Below are positions 13,208 to 25,901 of a stretch of 64,000 bases of DNA, one piece after another. The stretch's first letter is position 1. Each line of letters starts with the position of its first letter. The position numbers and the translations under genes were made by a program. The stretch lies in the NCBI GenBank assembly GCA_964016885.1, contig OZ024741.1:30380001-30444000 (forward strand), given 5' to 3'. This DNA comes from Eledone cirrhosa (Eukaryota). The notes below the pieces were generated by a model that was not told the DNA's origin, ran no database searches, and worked only from the letters and a program-made list of their open reading frames with translations.

Positions 13208-13901
13208 GGAGGGGTAAGATTTTAAATAGTCGAAGTCAGCATATGCGCAAAGTTCTTACGCCATGCTGGTTCGATGAAAAATAGAAACATTTCATTTAAC
13301 GGGTATTTATTTATATTTTTCAGAGAACCTCAGACAATAAACCATTCTGTTAATGGTAGCCACATCAATCTATTGGAATGGTCTCCGTTATTCGTCGGTT
13401 TTGAAACTGCAGTAATGGAAATTAGGGAAGACTTCTAACATTAGGTTGCTTAACTAAGACTATATCCCTAGCGAAAGAGGTTTGTGAAGTGTTTATTTTA
13501 TATTACTTTATTAGGAGCTATCACCCAATGATTGTGTCTAAGATGTTCCATATGTATTTGCTTCTCCGAAGGAGATTATTTTAGTCATCTCTTTTCATCA
13601 AAATGTTAGGTATATTCCTGACAAATTTACTTATAAATCGCATATTTCACGAGATGTCGGAAAAATTCGTGCCCTATCTTCTTGAATATACCCTGTGCTG
13701 ATCGATATCGAAACAATTGTAATATTCCAATACATTTTGCACATATGCTGCAACACTGACTTCAATACTTCTTAGTTTATTTACACCCTGCGTTCTAAAG
13801 TCGCCTAAATCTGGAATACACCGCAAACGAAACATACATCATAATAGTATTGAGTGCTTCGAACGTCGGCTGCCTGTAACTATAGGTATACATTTAATTT
13901 A

Positions 13902-13961
<60 letters not shown>

Positions 13962-14481
13962 GATATGTGTGTGCGTGTGTGTGTATGTGTGTGTGTATGT
14001 ATATATATTTGTGTGTATGCATATATATATATATATGAGGGGAGGCATTTTTGTGCGTAAGTGAAAGGCTTGTTTGTGTTTCTCATACTTTTGCTATGTT
14101 ATTTTTTCTGTTTATTATTTGTAACAGTACAAATCTCAGTTGCAATCATAAATTCATCTTCGTGTCAAAATCTTTAAACCCAGCAAGGTAACAACATTGT
14201 TTATTGATCATGTTATATTAATTTATCCATGTAGTATTCATGAACTAGCGCTGCGCTGAATGTTAAGATAATATAGCTAGACGTTATATTCTTCAAAGTT
14301 ATAATGTTTCACGGACCTTACTCCGTTTCAGTGTCGTTGTCTTATCAAGTGTGTGTGTGCCTCCGTCTTTCTCGCTCACCCCTTATAAGTAAATGGGAAC
14401 CGACACTCTCAAAAAGGTATGCTCAAATTTTAATTCAATTTCCGAGCCTATATCCATCTGAAATTAGGAAAAGATAAATCT

Positions 14482-14514
<33 letters not shown>

Positions 14515-15513
14515 CACACATACACACACACACACACATACACACACAGGTACACACACACACACAGACAGGTACACACACATATGTATTTATATATACT
14601 CCTCAGTTACTACTTTTAATATTTTTCGTATCTCCTTTGACGACACCAACAACTAAATAGCCAGTCAGTTATTAAAATAACCGGTGGGGAAATTATAATA
14701 ATAAATTAAATTGAAAACCAACAGGTGCGTGTGTTCTATATTGGCAGCATGACCCTCCCAACATCAGTTAAAACACCCGATTTCCGATAAAAAATATTGC
14801 AAAACGAATACAAAATGCATTATATATATATATATATATATATATGAGGGACGTAAAATAAGAAAATTATAAAATTAACTTACTTACTAAAATTAGTTTC
14901 TGAAAGGGAATAAACATAGTTTTCGAAGAAACGTACGGAGAAGCCTTTCGTCATCAGGGAAGTCTATTCTCAGCTAAGTTTCCAGGCAATACGTGGACAC
15001 AGGGAACTTATACAAAAATAATTCAGTGGATGGAAAAAGCAAAGCGTGGACTAAATTCCAAGCCATTGAAAAAACCACTGCCTACTGCGTCGGTGGCAAA
15101 TTCAAAAGAATCAGTCACGTGACATCGAAGAGTGAAGAGTGGTTTGTTAAGAAGACAGCGGCCGGACTGTTACTATAGTAGCAGTTTTGGCCAATTTTTG
15201 CTCGACAAAATAATTTGGAGGTAATTATAAAGAATTAATATATCTAGTAACATATATATACACAGATGCATACTTATGCCAGCAAATATATAGGTTTTGT
15301 CTTAGTAATTTTGTGGTTCCATGCATGGGGATGCAGAACAATAATATGAGAGACGTAAAATAAAATGATATGTGAAATCAAACATATGTCTTGTCTCTAA
15401 AAACAGCTCAAGATAGAATTTAGAGAATAAAATCGATGCTAGATTATTTTTAGTCTAACATTTGGTATGTCTTAATGCAGACTTATGTGTGGATGAATAT
15501 ATTTCAATCACTT

Positions 15514-15562
<49 letters not shown>

Positions 15563-15757
15563 AAAATAGGAAGAAAAATACAATTATTAGGAAGAAAAAT
15601 ATTTTTTTTTCCATTTCTTCTTTTTATCTTTTTTCTGGGTTAGAAAATGTTTTTAAAAAAGTATTTTACTTTGTGTGGAGTGTTAAGGTATTAGTTAATT
15701 TATTTATTAATTAACAATGGCATTTATTTATTTATTTATTTATATATTTAATAATTG

Positions 15758-15797
15758 TCTATTACCGGTTTCAGCATTTTATGCATTATCAAAGGGT
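15758..15797 (-). ncRNA. Partial HHR motif with U3-A8 core
   Basis: UUGAUAA-U GCAU AAA AUGC U-GAAAC CG GUA, with palindromic stem III (ACCGGU). Stem I does not pair well. Confidence 0.45.
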
Positions 15798-15849
15798 GGA
15801 ATATGTATTGGTGTAAAATGGTGATGTTGAACATGTTAAGGAAATGGTG

Positions 15850-16050
15850 AAGAAAGAATAATGTTATTTACAAACAAGGTTTTTGAAGTGAAAAGAAAAA
15901 AGAAAAAAATGGGGAGGGGGTAATATGGAACATAATAAGGTATAAGGAAAGAAAAAATAATATTATGTTCTACATTACCCCCCCCTCCCTTTTTTGTTTT
16001 TGTTTTCACTTCAAAAACCTTGCTTGTAAATAACATTATTCCTTCTTCTT
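15850..16050. repeat. ~90-bp inverted repeat (fold-back)
   Basis: AATAATGTTATTTACAAACAAGGTTTTTGAAGTGAAAA...AACATAATA is mirrored at 15961-16045 and followed by (TTC)n. Confidence 0.7.
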
Positions 16051-16065
16051 CTTCTTCTTCTTCTT

Positions 16066-16096
<31 letters not shown>

Positions 16097-16364
16097 TTCT
16101 CTATAAATTCATCGTATACAATGACATTTATGTACTCTTAAACACATTTGATTAAAAATATATATCATGATCATTTGATAGAATATTTATAAATGTGTGA
16201 TAATCAAGCGGATTACTTTCAGATACGATTGTCTTACTAATATGACAGACGACTTATAAAAGATGAATGTGATTCGGAAATTTTCCTACAATCAACAAAA
16301 GATAGCAGAGAAAATAAAAGTTTTTAAATGTTTAACATCTATACGTCTCTGTCAAGTGCAATAT

Positions 16365-16882
16365 AATTTGTATGGTCATTTATCTTGGGTAATGACTGAA
16401 AGAATACGTTCGTGAATATAAGTGGCCGAAATTGAATTCTTCTGAAGGGCCTTTGGTGTAACGTTACTCGATAGAGTGTGTAGCTCGGAGATCAAAGAGT
16501 CACTGCAGATAGTGCCGCTATTTCTCCGAATTGAGAGATCACAGCTCCGCTACTACGGACATGTGTTTACAATGTGTCAGGAAAGCATCACTGGACATAA
16601 TTTATGGGCAAAACCAAATGGTAGGAGACCCAGGGTTAGATCCCGAGCAGGATGGTGGGATGACATCCATGAGCTTGGACAGTCTCACTTGGGGATCCAG
16701 CCAGATCTGTTGGAGCTGGTTGTTTCTGACAGGTCTCCCTGGACAAAGTGTTTGAGGACTCTATCCCTACAACACACAGAAGAAGAAGAAGAAGAAGAAG
16801 AAGAAGAAGAAGAAGAAGAAGAAGAAGAAGAAGAAGAAGAAGAAGAAGAAGAAGAAGAAGAAGAAGAAGAAGAAGAAGAAGA
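16365..16882 (+). mobile_element. RTE-clade LINE 3' fragment with (GAA)n tail
   Basis: LYGH.SWVMTER..AE..F.R, RIERSQLRYYGHV and GRRPR motifs, then (GAA)n at 16779-16882. Confidence 0.85.
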
Positions 16883-17351
16883 GTTCTCACAAGTGAGATG
16901 AAAAATAAGAGTGGTGTGTATATATCATCTTCATGGAAGTGTAGTGTTACCAAAAAGTAATCTAGTGTGACGAGAGAAGATAAAATTGTCGCTAATGCTA
17001 TACCTACCACAACTTGATAGAGAGGAGGAGGGGAGATTGGTGACTTGCAGAATTTGGCCCGCATGAATATGTCATGCTCAAGTTTTCAAGTGGCATGAGA
17101 TGAGAAACAGACCGCCACTCCCTCTCTAGTGTTCAGGAAGTTAGGGACGATACAAGGCACGGCCCACCTAGAGCCAACAACCTTAATTTAATACCATCTC
17201 TGAAGATGTTTGCTTAAACATGTCATACCATCTGATGAGCTCGAGACGACAGAATAGGTAAGCATACCACTACCTAGTCATCGACTCAAGCTAATTATAC
17301 ATGGATATAGAGATAAAATTAAACACTACAGTATATGGCTTTCACTGTATT

Positions 17352-17460
<109 letters not shown>

Positions 17461-17525
17461 TGTGTGTGAAAAGAGTCAGGACATGACGGTTGAGCTCCGG
17501 CCGTTTCTTACCCCACTTTCTTTGT

Positions 17526-17568
<43 letters not shown>

Positions 17569-17596
17569 ATTTATATGTATATATATATATGCTATG

Positions 17597-18205
17597 TCAG
17601 GTCACCAGTTGGTGCTACTGGTAACATGTATCCCAGTACAACCTGTCTCATGGTCGGGTCGTTGGCGACTAAACTGGCAACCCCACCAAGGTTTCTTGGT
17701 GAGGAGGGTGACTTTGGACATCCTGCAGGACTAAAAACAAAACCTGTCAAAGGGCAAAGGAGCTCTTAAAAGTCAATGGCCATCCAAAATCACCGGGAGA
17801 GATGACCCCTTAGCCTTTGTCAAGGCAGAATTCTAGGAGAAGGAAAACTCTGATATAACACCTGCAACCCTGATGGTATCCAATGATGTTGACTTGTTCT
17901 TCTTTTTGGTAAATATCATCTTGGTTAAGAGAGTGGGACTGGCTTTGTGCAGTGCCTTTGCTCACTATAAAAGCTTCACGGCACAGGCATTGCTTTGTAT
18001 CTGGAGATCTCTCTGCACTTGTCCTCACATGGTACCATGGGCCCAGCACTATGTGTCAATAATTGTCACAAGTGTAGTGTTTGTACCAGAGTTTTCAAGT
18101 CGCTGGCTGGACTAAAAAGTCACACTCGTTCAGCGCTTCGGTAGGGGTTCTCCTACATGGATATAAAGTAGTGGCCGTACTCGAAAACGAGTTGGCAGCC
18201 ACCAT
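17597..18205 (+). mobile_element. Short RTE-derived element (5' UTR-like part plus 3' end with C2H2 remnant)
   Basis: CSVCTRVFKSLAGLKSHTR is typical of RTE/BovB-like C-termini. It is followed by a (TATG)-type tail, and no RT lies in between. Confidence 0.55.
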
Positions 18206-18643
18206 GTATGTATATGTATATATGTATGTATATGTATATGTGTGTGTATGTATATATATGTATATGTGTATGTATATGTATGTGTATGTATGTATATATG
18301 TGTGTATATGTATGTATGTATATGTATATGTATATGTATGTATGTATATGTATGTATGTATGTATGTGTATATGTATGTATATATATATGTATATGTATA
18401 TATATGTATGTATGTATGTATGTGTATATGTATGTATATGTATATGTATGTATGTGTATGTGTATGTATGTGTATATGTATGTATGTATGTATGTATGTA
18501 TATATGTATGTATGTATATGTATATGTATGTGTGTATGTATGTATGTATGTATGTATATATGTATGTATGTATGTATATGTGTATGTATGTGTATATGTA
18601 TGTATGTGTATATGTATGTATATGTATATGTATATATATATGC

Positions 18644-18908
18644 TGCTTTGTGCAGTGCCTTTGCTCACTATAAAAGCTTCACAGCACAGGCATTGCTTTA
18701 TATCTGGAGATCTCTCTGCACTGGTCGTCACATGGTACCATGGGCCCAGCACTATGTGTCAATAATTGTCACAAGTGTAGTGTTTGTACCAGAGTTTTCA
18801 AGTCGCTGGCTGGACTAAAAAGTCACATTCGTTCAGCGCATTGGTAGGGGTTCTCCTACATGGATATAAAGTAGTGGCCGTACTCGAAAACGAGTTGGCA
18901 GCCACCAT
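18644..18908 (+). repeat. Duplicate of the 3' ~265 bp of the RTE-derived element
   Basis: Near-identical to 17942-18205. Confidence 0.85.
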
Positions 18909-19011
18909 ATATATATGTATATATATATGTATATATACATATATATATATGTGTGTGTGTGTCTGAGTACATGCGTGCATGTGTGTATGCAAACGTGTGT
19001 GTGATAGTTAT

Positions 19012-19085
<74 letters not shown>

Positions 19086-19606
19086 TCTATTGAATTATTT
19101 GAAAATCTAAAATCACAAAACTTAGATATGTACACATGTAATTGCATGTGATTATATGTGTGCCATTAAAATGAATATAATGTAAAACTAGGTTTATTTT
19201 AATAGATAGATGGAGATTCTTTCACCATGGGTCTCCTTAATGACAGGTGATCTGTGACAAATCGTCAACATTACAACTAGCAGAAACAATACAAACACCT
19301 AACCCAACAACAGTGACAGCATCACCACTATCACCATCACCACCACGAGTAGCAGACCAGCTCCAAAACCAATGAAACCGGACCTTGTTAGGAAAGTTTT
19401 GTTTCAGTATATATATTTATATATATGGATACACACACACATATACAAACACACACACATGCATGCATACACACACAACCACACACACTCACACACACAT
19501 GCATACACACATACACACATACACACACACACAAACACACACACACTAACACACACACACATACATACACGCATACACACATATACACATACATACACAC
19601 AGACAC

Positions 19607-19652
<46 letters not shown>

Positions 19653-19794
19653 TGCGCAGTGTAAACTGTTGTTATATTACACTTACCTCCAATTTTACTC
19701 TATTTTGTATAGCATACACCTGACAACGACGACATGCAACGAACAACACCGCCATTGCTAGCTCACCAATTATTTAATGACACACAGCAACAAT

Positions 19795-19976
19795 AATAAT
19801 TGTTTCTACTTTTAGCACCCGGCCAGCTATTATCCAATGTATTGCTGGTACTTTATTTTATCGACCCCGTAAGGATGAAAGGTAAAGTTAACTTCGGCGG
19901 GATATGAACTGAGAATGGCAAGGGCCGTAACTCTATGCAACAAAGCATGGCGTCCGACCATCTACCGTTACTACCA
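19795..19976 (-). mobile_element. tRNA-derived SINE, family A
   Basis: Reverse complement of the 9740-9935 family. Confidence 0.85.
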
Positions 19977-20269
19977 CTGGGGGGGGGGGTTGTGCTCATG
20001 ATCCCTGAATAGAATTTTTTATATGTTAATCGGCTTTTAAACCTTTAGCATTTGAAGCGGCCATAATTCTCGCACCTCTTTCTGTTCAAACCAGCCATAA
20101 ACGGCTACTCATACTTATGTTAAGGAATTATTCTCAAAATAAATATCAAAATCTCATAGATTCAATACTATGTGAGATATGTGAGGTAAAGCCTTTACTG
20201 TGAAAATACAATAATATATATAGCGTAATGTAAATGCTAATGGGTTCATTATTTATTTTATGGAATGTC

Positions 20270-20540
20270 AGCAGCCCGTCTGAAGAAGGACCCCCACGAG
20301 GTGGGGTGGCTGTTGCAGCGGGTGTCACTGGCCATTGCCCACGGAAATACTTTTGGAGTTTTCTCCGCAGAGCGAAGTCAGTACCCCACCCCGCTCTAGG
20401 CTGAGAGTATGTCACCCCACTCTCTTTCTTCCATGGTCTAATATTTCATGCGCTTTTCCCCGCTTTTCCTCTCATTTATGGCATTTATAGTCCTTTCCCC
20501 TACTTTCCTATACAGCCAAATCTGTCCTTATTCACCTTTT
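20270..20540 (+). mobile_element. CRE-like LINE 3' fragment
   Basis: Translates as DPHEVGWLLQRVSLAIAHGNTF, matching the QR.S.AI.RGN C-terminal motif of CRE RLE domains. Confidence 0.65.
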
Positions 20541-20712
20541 CTCACCCTCTTTTGATTACTTAATTTTGTATTTATCATTTTAAAAAAATATTTCCATCAT
20601 CGTACAACTTCATTTTGTTAAATGAAATTGACATAATATGTTTATGTATAACAGATAACAAAATTATATTTGGCAGCTTTTATGGATTAAGTATGAAAAT
20701 CTCAATATTTAT

Positions 20713-20770
<58 letters not shown>

Positions 20771-21017
20771 CTATATACATACACACATATATATATATGT
20801 ATATATATATTTGTATGTATATATGTATATATATATGTATATATATATATATATATATATTGGAATAAATGCTCTGAAATAGCGATATATATGTGAATAT
20901 AGACATAGAATATTCGAAAATATTCTGTATGTTTATAATAAACATTTTGAAGACCTAATCGCTATAGAATAGAATACGTCACGTATTACAATTAGATTCT
21001 CGATAAAAGCAAGGGAA

Positions 21018-21060
21018 GTAATCTACGCGTTTCATTCTTGTTAGAAATCATCAGGACTAC
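21018..21060 (-). ncRNA. Type I hammerhead ribozyme in R310 (inverted arm)
   Basis: Exact reverse complement of 21605-21647. Confidence 0.88.
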
Positions 21061-21327
21061 ATATCCAGTGCTTTTATCGAGAATGACACAGCTAGAGACT
21101 TATAGAATACTTAGCTGTGTACAGGAACTGATTTGAAAGAGCGGTTGCCGGTCCGGCAGAAATTAGAAATTGGAATAAATGCTCTGAAATAGCGATATAT
21201 ATGTGAATATAGACATAGAATATTCGAAAATATTCTGTATGTTTATAATAAACATTTTGAAGACCTAATCGCTATAAAATAGAATACGTCACGTATTACA
21301 ATTAGATTCTCGATAAAAGCAAGGGAA

Positions 21328-21370
21328 GTAATCTACGCGTTTCATTCTTGTTAGAAATCATCAGGACTAC
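21328..21370 (-). ncRNA. Type I hammerhead ribozyme in R310 (inverted arm)
   Basis: Exact reverse complement of 21605-21647. Confidence 0.88.
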
Positions 21371-21604
21371 ATATCCAGTGCTTTTATCGAGAATGACACA
21401 GCTAGAGACTTATAGAATACTTAGCTTTACAGGAACTAATTTGAAAGAGCGGTTGCCGGTCCGGCAGAAATTAGAAATTGGAATAAATGCTCTGAAATAG
21501 CGATTCTGCCGGACCGGCAACCGCTCTTTCAAATCAGTTCCTGTACACAGCTAAGTATTCTATAAGTCTCTAGCTGTGTCATTCTCGATAAAAGCACTGG
21601 ATAT

Positions 21605-21647
21605 GTAGTCCTGATGATTTCTAACAAGAATGAAACGCGTAGATTAC
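21605..21647 (+). ncRNA. Type I hammerhead ribozyme in R310
   Basis: GUAGUC-CUGAUGA-U UUCU AACA AGAA U-GAAAC GC GUA-GAUUAC. The core is intact and stem III is palindromic. Stem I is extended by the 16-bp helix 21581-21596/21654-21669. Confidence 0.88.
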
Positions 21648-21914
21648 TTCCCTTGCTTTTATCGAGAATCTAATTGTAATACGTGACGTATTCTATTCTA
21701 TAGCGATTAGGTCTTCAAAATGTTTATTATAAACATACAGAATATTTTCGAATATTCTATGTCTATATTCACATATATATCGCTATTTCAGAGCATTTAT
21801 TCCAATTTCTAATTTCTGCCGGACCGGCAACCGCTCTTTCAAATCAGTTCCTGTACACAGCTAAGTATTCTATAAGTCTCTAGCTGTGTCATTCTCGATA
21901 AAAGCACTGGATAT

Positions 21915-21957
21915 GTAGTCCTGATGATTTCTAACAAGAATGAAACGCGTAGATTAC
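21915..21957 (+). ncRNA. Type I hammerhead ribozyme in R310
   Basis: Identical to 21605-21647. Confidence 0.88.
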
Positions 21958-22224
21958 TTCCCTTGCTTTTATCGAGAATCTAATTGTAATACGTGACGTA
22001 TTCTATTCTATAGCGATTAGGTCTTCAAAATGTTTATTATAAACATACAGAATATTTTCGAATATTCTATGTCTATATTCACATATATATCGCTATTTCA
22101 GAGCATTTATTCCAATTTCTAATTTCTGCCGGACCGGCAACCGCTCTTTCAAATCAGTTCCTGTACACAGCTAAGTATTCTATAAGTCTCTAGCTGTGTC
22201 ATTCTCGATAAAAGCACTGGATAT

Positions 22225-22267
22225 GTAGTCCTGATGATTTCTAACAAGAATGAAACGCGTAGATTAC
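22225..22267 (+). ncRNA. Type I hammerhead ribozyme in R310
   Basis: Identical to 21605-21647. Confidence 0.88.
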
Positions 22268-22699
22268 TTCCCTTGCTTTTATCGAGAATCTAATTGTAAT
22301 ACGTGACGTATTCTATTCTATAGCGATTAGGTCTTCAAAATGTTTATTATAAACATACAGAATATTTTCGAATATTCTATGTCTATATTCACATATATAT
22401 ATATATATTTATAATATATTTATATATACATATATATATAAAGCCAAACAAGTGAAGAAGTAAAACAAAACAAAATAAAGAGGAACATATTAAATACCAA
22501 AATGGATATTATAAAACTAACCAAATGGAAAATAAAACATTTGACCTGGAAAAATTCCAGTCATTCAACTGTACAACTAGATGTAACCATGGATATAGTC
22601 TACGTATGTTGTGGCTGATAAAGCCGGTTAATGGGATGAAATGTAACTCTCTGCTATGAATGTTGGGAATAAATCATTATAGACTTTTCAAGAACATCT

Positions 22700-23045
22700 C
22701 CCGTGGTGACCTGATAGAGTCTGCTACTAATCCAGGTTCTGTTGGACTTCGGGCCGAGAAGTGTAAACTCTCCAAATACCGGTCGCTCTCCGACAGGTTT
22801 GTGGTTGAGCGCGTATCAGTGAAGTCATCTGGTGTTCTTTGCCCTAGGACCACTCCCCTACTCACTACCATTGTCACGGAGGAAGCTACTCTTAGGTGTG
22901 AGCCTCGTGCGCTGGAAAAGCTCTTTCAACGGGTCTCCCTTACCATCCTCCGAGGAAACACCTTCTCTATTCAGTCTGCTGGGAGCGGAGGCTGGCCAGC
23001 GCCTGGGCTCCTATTTACATATAATAGTGAGAGACGGAGACAGTG
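22700..23045 (+). mobile_element. CRE-like LINE 3' fragment (RLE C-terminus)
   Basis: AEKCKLSKYRSL..F....V.SSG...LFQRVSLTILRGNTFSI. Confidence 0.75.
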
Positions 23046-23194
23046 AGTGAAACAGAGAGAACGTCAATTCCCACACGCACTTATAAGACTATAGCCATTG
23101 GCTCATGTATTCAGTTTTTCTTCTTCCTATATGTCTTCACAAATGGATCTTGTAAACAAACCAAAATCAGGTAGCTACAAAAATAACAACAACA

Positions 23195-23261
<67 letters not shown>

Positions 23262-25745
23262 TTACCATGTTTATGTCGAATTCTGAATGTTATCATTAAG
23301 CTAACATTCCATATTGGATTTAAAGAAATCATAGAACATGATGTGTTTGTGTTGCTATCCTGCCACGGTGAACAACTGTCAAACGAGAAGCTGAGACGGT
23401 TAGGAGAAATGCAGACTGCATGGAAAGTAACGGAAAAAGAAACTATCGCTACTCCAAATACGATGACTGCAAACAATATGTCTAATTGGTTGGTACTAAT
23501 AGAGAAAAGTCTGCAAGTCTTTACTTATAAGGAATCTAATACTGAGCGTAACATAAACATTACCAACGGATTCGTATTGATATTAGTAACTATACTGAGC
23601 TGTTAAAAGAGATGATGTGTCATAAGCGTGATATAATATTTGATGAGTTTGTACCCATCACATAGATGGTGAAATGCAGGACAGGTGAAAGATTCCTCAT
23701 TATCCTAGTAATTCCGTTGTACTACCTCCCTTGACGGAGCAGTAAAAATATTTTTCTGATGATAACTTTTTATTACGATATTACGATTCAATTTATTCTC
23801 TAACATAATCATTTTCAAATATTTTGTGTTTACATAATACACACTGTGTATCAGGACATTGTTATTTCCATCATAAATATGGGTGAATTACTTGTTTTAT
23901 TATCGTGGTGGTGATGGTGTTGTGTTTGCTAAAGAATATCATCACAACAGATCCAAAAACAATTGTTGAGGATAAGGGAATCAATAAAAATGTTGTCCAA
24001 TAAATATAATTTTATTGGCAGGTATTCGAAGCTAGCCATATTTATGTTTCCAATATGAAATAACAGCAAATCTAGCATGATATGCTGTGCAAATAGAATT
24101 TACTCAAATATCTATACAAACTTATTTGTCCTGTAAGAACCAGAATTTCAATTTTACTTGGAATATATAGATAATGTTTTAGGAGTTTAGATTTACAAAA
24201 TGTCGCCCAAGTGCTTATAATGTTATTAATGTTAGCAATATGTAAAAAGGTAATCACATAAGCAGAACCCACACAGTTGACAGTATACAGTTGTGTACTG
24301 GCATTTTCACGATATATACAAAAATGATTTGGGTCTTATCATGAAAAAATAAATTTTATGGAAAATGTTTGCGAATCTCGTGAAATATAATTTCAATACA
24401 GAATTAGAAACTAACGCAATGTCATGTATTCGTGTGATTATAGTTCAGCTAGTTTAGATCTGATATAGTTTAAATAGTATTTACAATGATAGCACTAACA
24501 ATCATATTAGATAGGAAAGCATTTGTAATAACCATGTATATCTTTTCATCTATGTTGTAATACAGATATTTTTAAGAGTTTCTGACATTAGATGAAAAAG
24601 ATCACGCATTCGTGACGTTAAGAATAATTGTAATATCTCCCTGCACTATACCTCAAATTTACATTAGGCAGAGGTAACTTAGTCCCATTTTCCACTTAGT
24701 AAAAACTAGGCTGTATTAAAATATGATTTATTACAATGCTACCGTGTTACGAAGTCACTCATTGCGAAGTCAGAAATAACCTCCTGCGGGTTGTTACACG
24801 CTTATTCAGAACGAAAAGTAAGTAATGAAAAGCAGCTTTTTGAGCTGAAATCTTTTACTGTCTGTTTTATTATCTAGAAATTGTATTTCTTTTATACATA
24901 CGCAAACGCAACAACATTTTACAAAGCGTCACCATATTTCTCACGCATTTTTTTCTTTTTTTCTCTTCTTCAATCAACCTCGCATATATTCTGATGCGTT
25001 ATAATTATGCTTTTTTATACTATAGTATGGCATTGCAACTTAAAATGACAACTGACAACAAGCAGCCATATTCAATCACCCTATATCAATGCACAAGTAT
25101 GTAAAAACGTGTTTAGTGATTCGAGCAGCGAAAAGAATTCAATGAAAAGCTTTGGAAAACATTCGGAAAAGCTGACAATGGTTTTTAGATATCTAAAAGT
25201 TGATAATTATTTCCTCGTAGATATATTCAATAAAATGCTTTATTGATTATTTTATATCATTTCACTTTATTTTTATGTTCATTATTTTATATGTCATAGA
25301 GGAAGTTGGTGAAAGCATTTCGCTTTTAATGTAGTTTAATCCTTAAAGATTAAATACTCCAGTTCGGCATGGATCACGTAACAAGCAGCAATATTACAAT
25401 ATTAGTATTAACTTTAGAGCTGCATCTAACAATGAAAGAAGATTGGTTGTGGTTGTTAAAGGTTTCTGATGGTATCAAACATTTTAAGCTTGCTTCCGTC
25501 ATGTTCACCGCTATTTTCAGTAATGCATTTTATTTATACATTGATTTTTGGAACAAATAATGACGGCATTATGATTTACATATAACTTGATAGTGGTATA
25601 TCGATAAGATTATCAGATCGAATTCTACCACCAGTGTATGTTCATTTTAGCGGAGTCGGGCAACAATCAAGACTCTTACATCTTAGTGGTCGAATTTATG
25701 AGCCAGGAACTAAAAAAAAATAAAGAAACGATTCTTACATATATA

Positions 25746-25792
<47 letters not shown>

Positions 25793-25901
25793 ATATATAT
25801 ATATATATATAGTAATAATAAATTTGAAGACTAAAATCTAAAGAGGGTTCGATAATGATAGGATAAATATATAGCCAATATATAAGAACCGTACAGCAAA
25901 T

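Larger units (their letters stand above)
20861..22400. mobile_element. Family R310: head-to-head tandem array of a 310-bp HHR monomer (retrozyme-like)
   Basis: Period 310 (TGGAATAAAT at 20861 and 21171; TTCTGCCGGACC at 21504, 21814 and 22124). About 2.1 units are inverted, then ~2.9 units are direct. Inversion at 21503/21504; (TA)n flanks. Confidence 0.9.

Noticed and set aside
14905-14965. CTGATGA...GAAA on the minus strand; similar partial cores at 25935-25975, 37576-37690 and 40430-40520
   Set aside because: Stem I or the cleavage triplet cannot be formed, so these are at best decayed remnants.
16779-16882. Poly-Glu / poly-Arg / poly-Leu protein
   Set aside because: This is the (GAA)n tail of an RTE fragment.
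17597-17680. HDV-like ribozyme at the RTE-derived 5' end
   Set aside because: P2/P4-like pairings are visible (CCAGT/ACTGG, GTCG/CGAC), but there is no convincing P1 or P1.1.
20861-22400. CRISPR array or plain satellite
   Set aside because: There are no unique spacers and the context is eukaryotic. The ribozyme core and inversion argue against an ordinary satellite.
23300-25700. Unique-looking DNA, also at 30050-31250 and 32750-33350, as host exons or enhancers
   Set aside because: There is no supportable ORF, splice chain or motif. Alignment or expression data would be needed.
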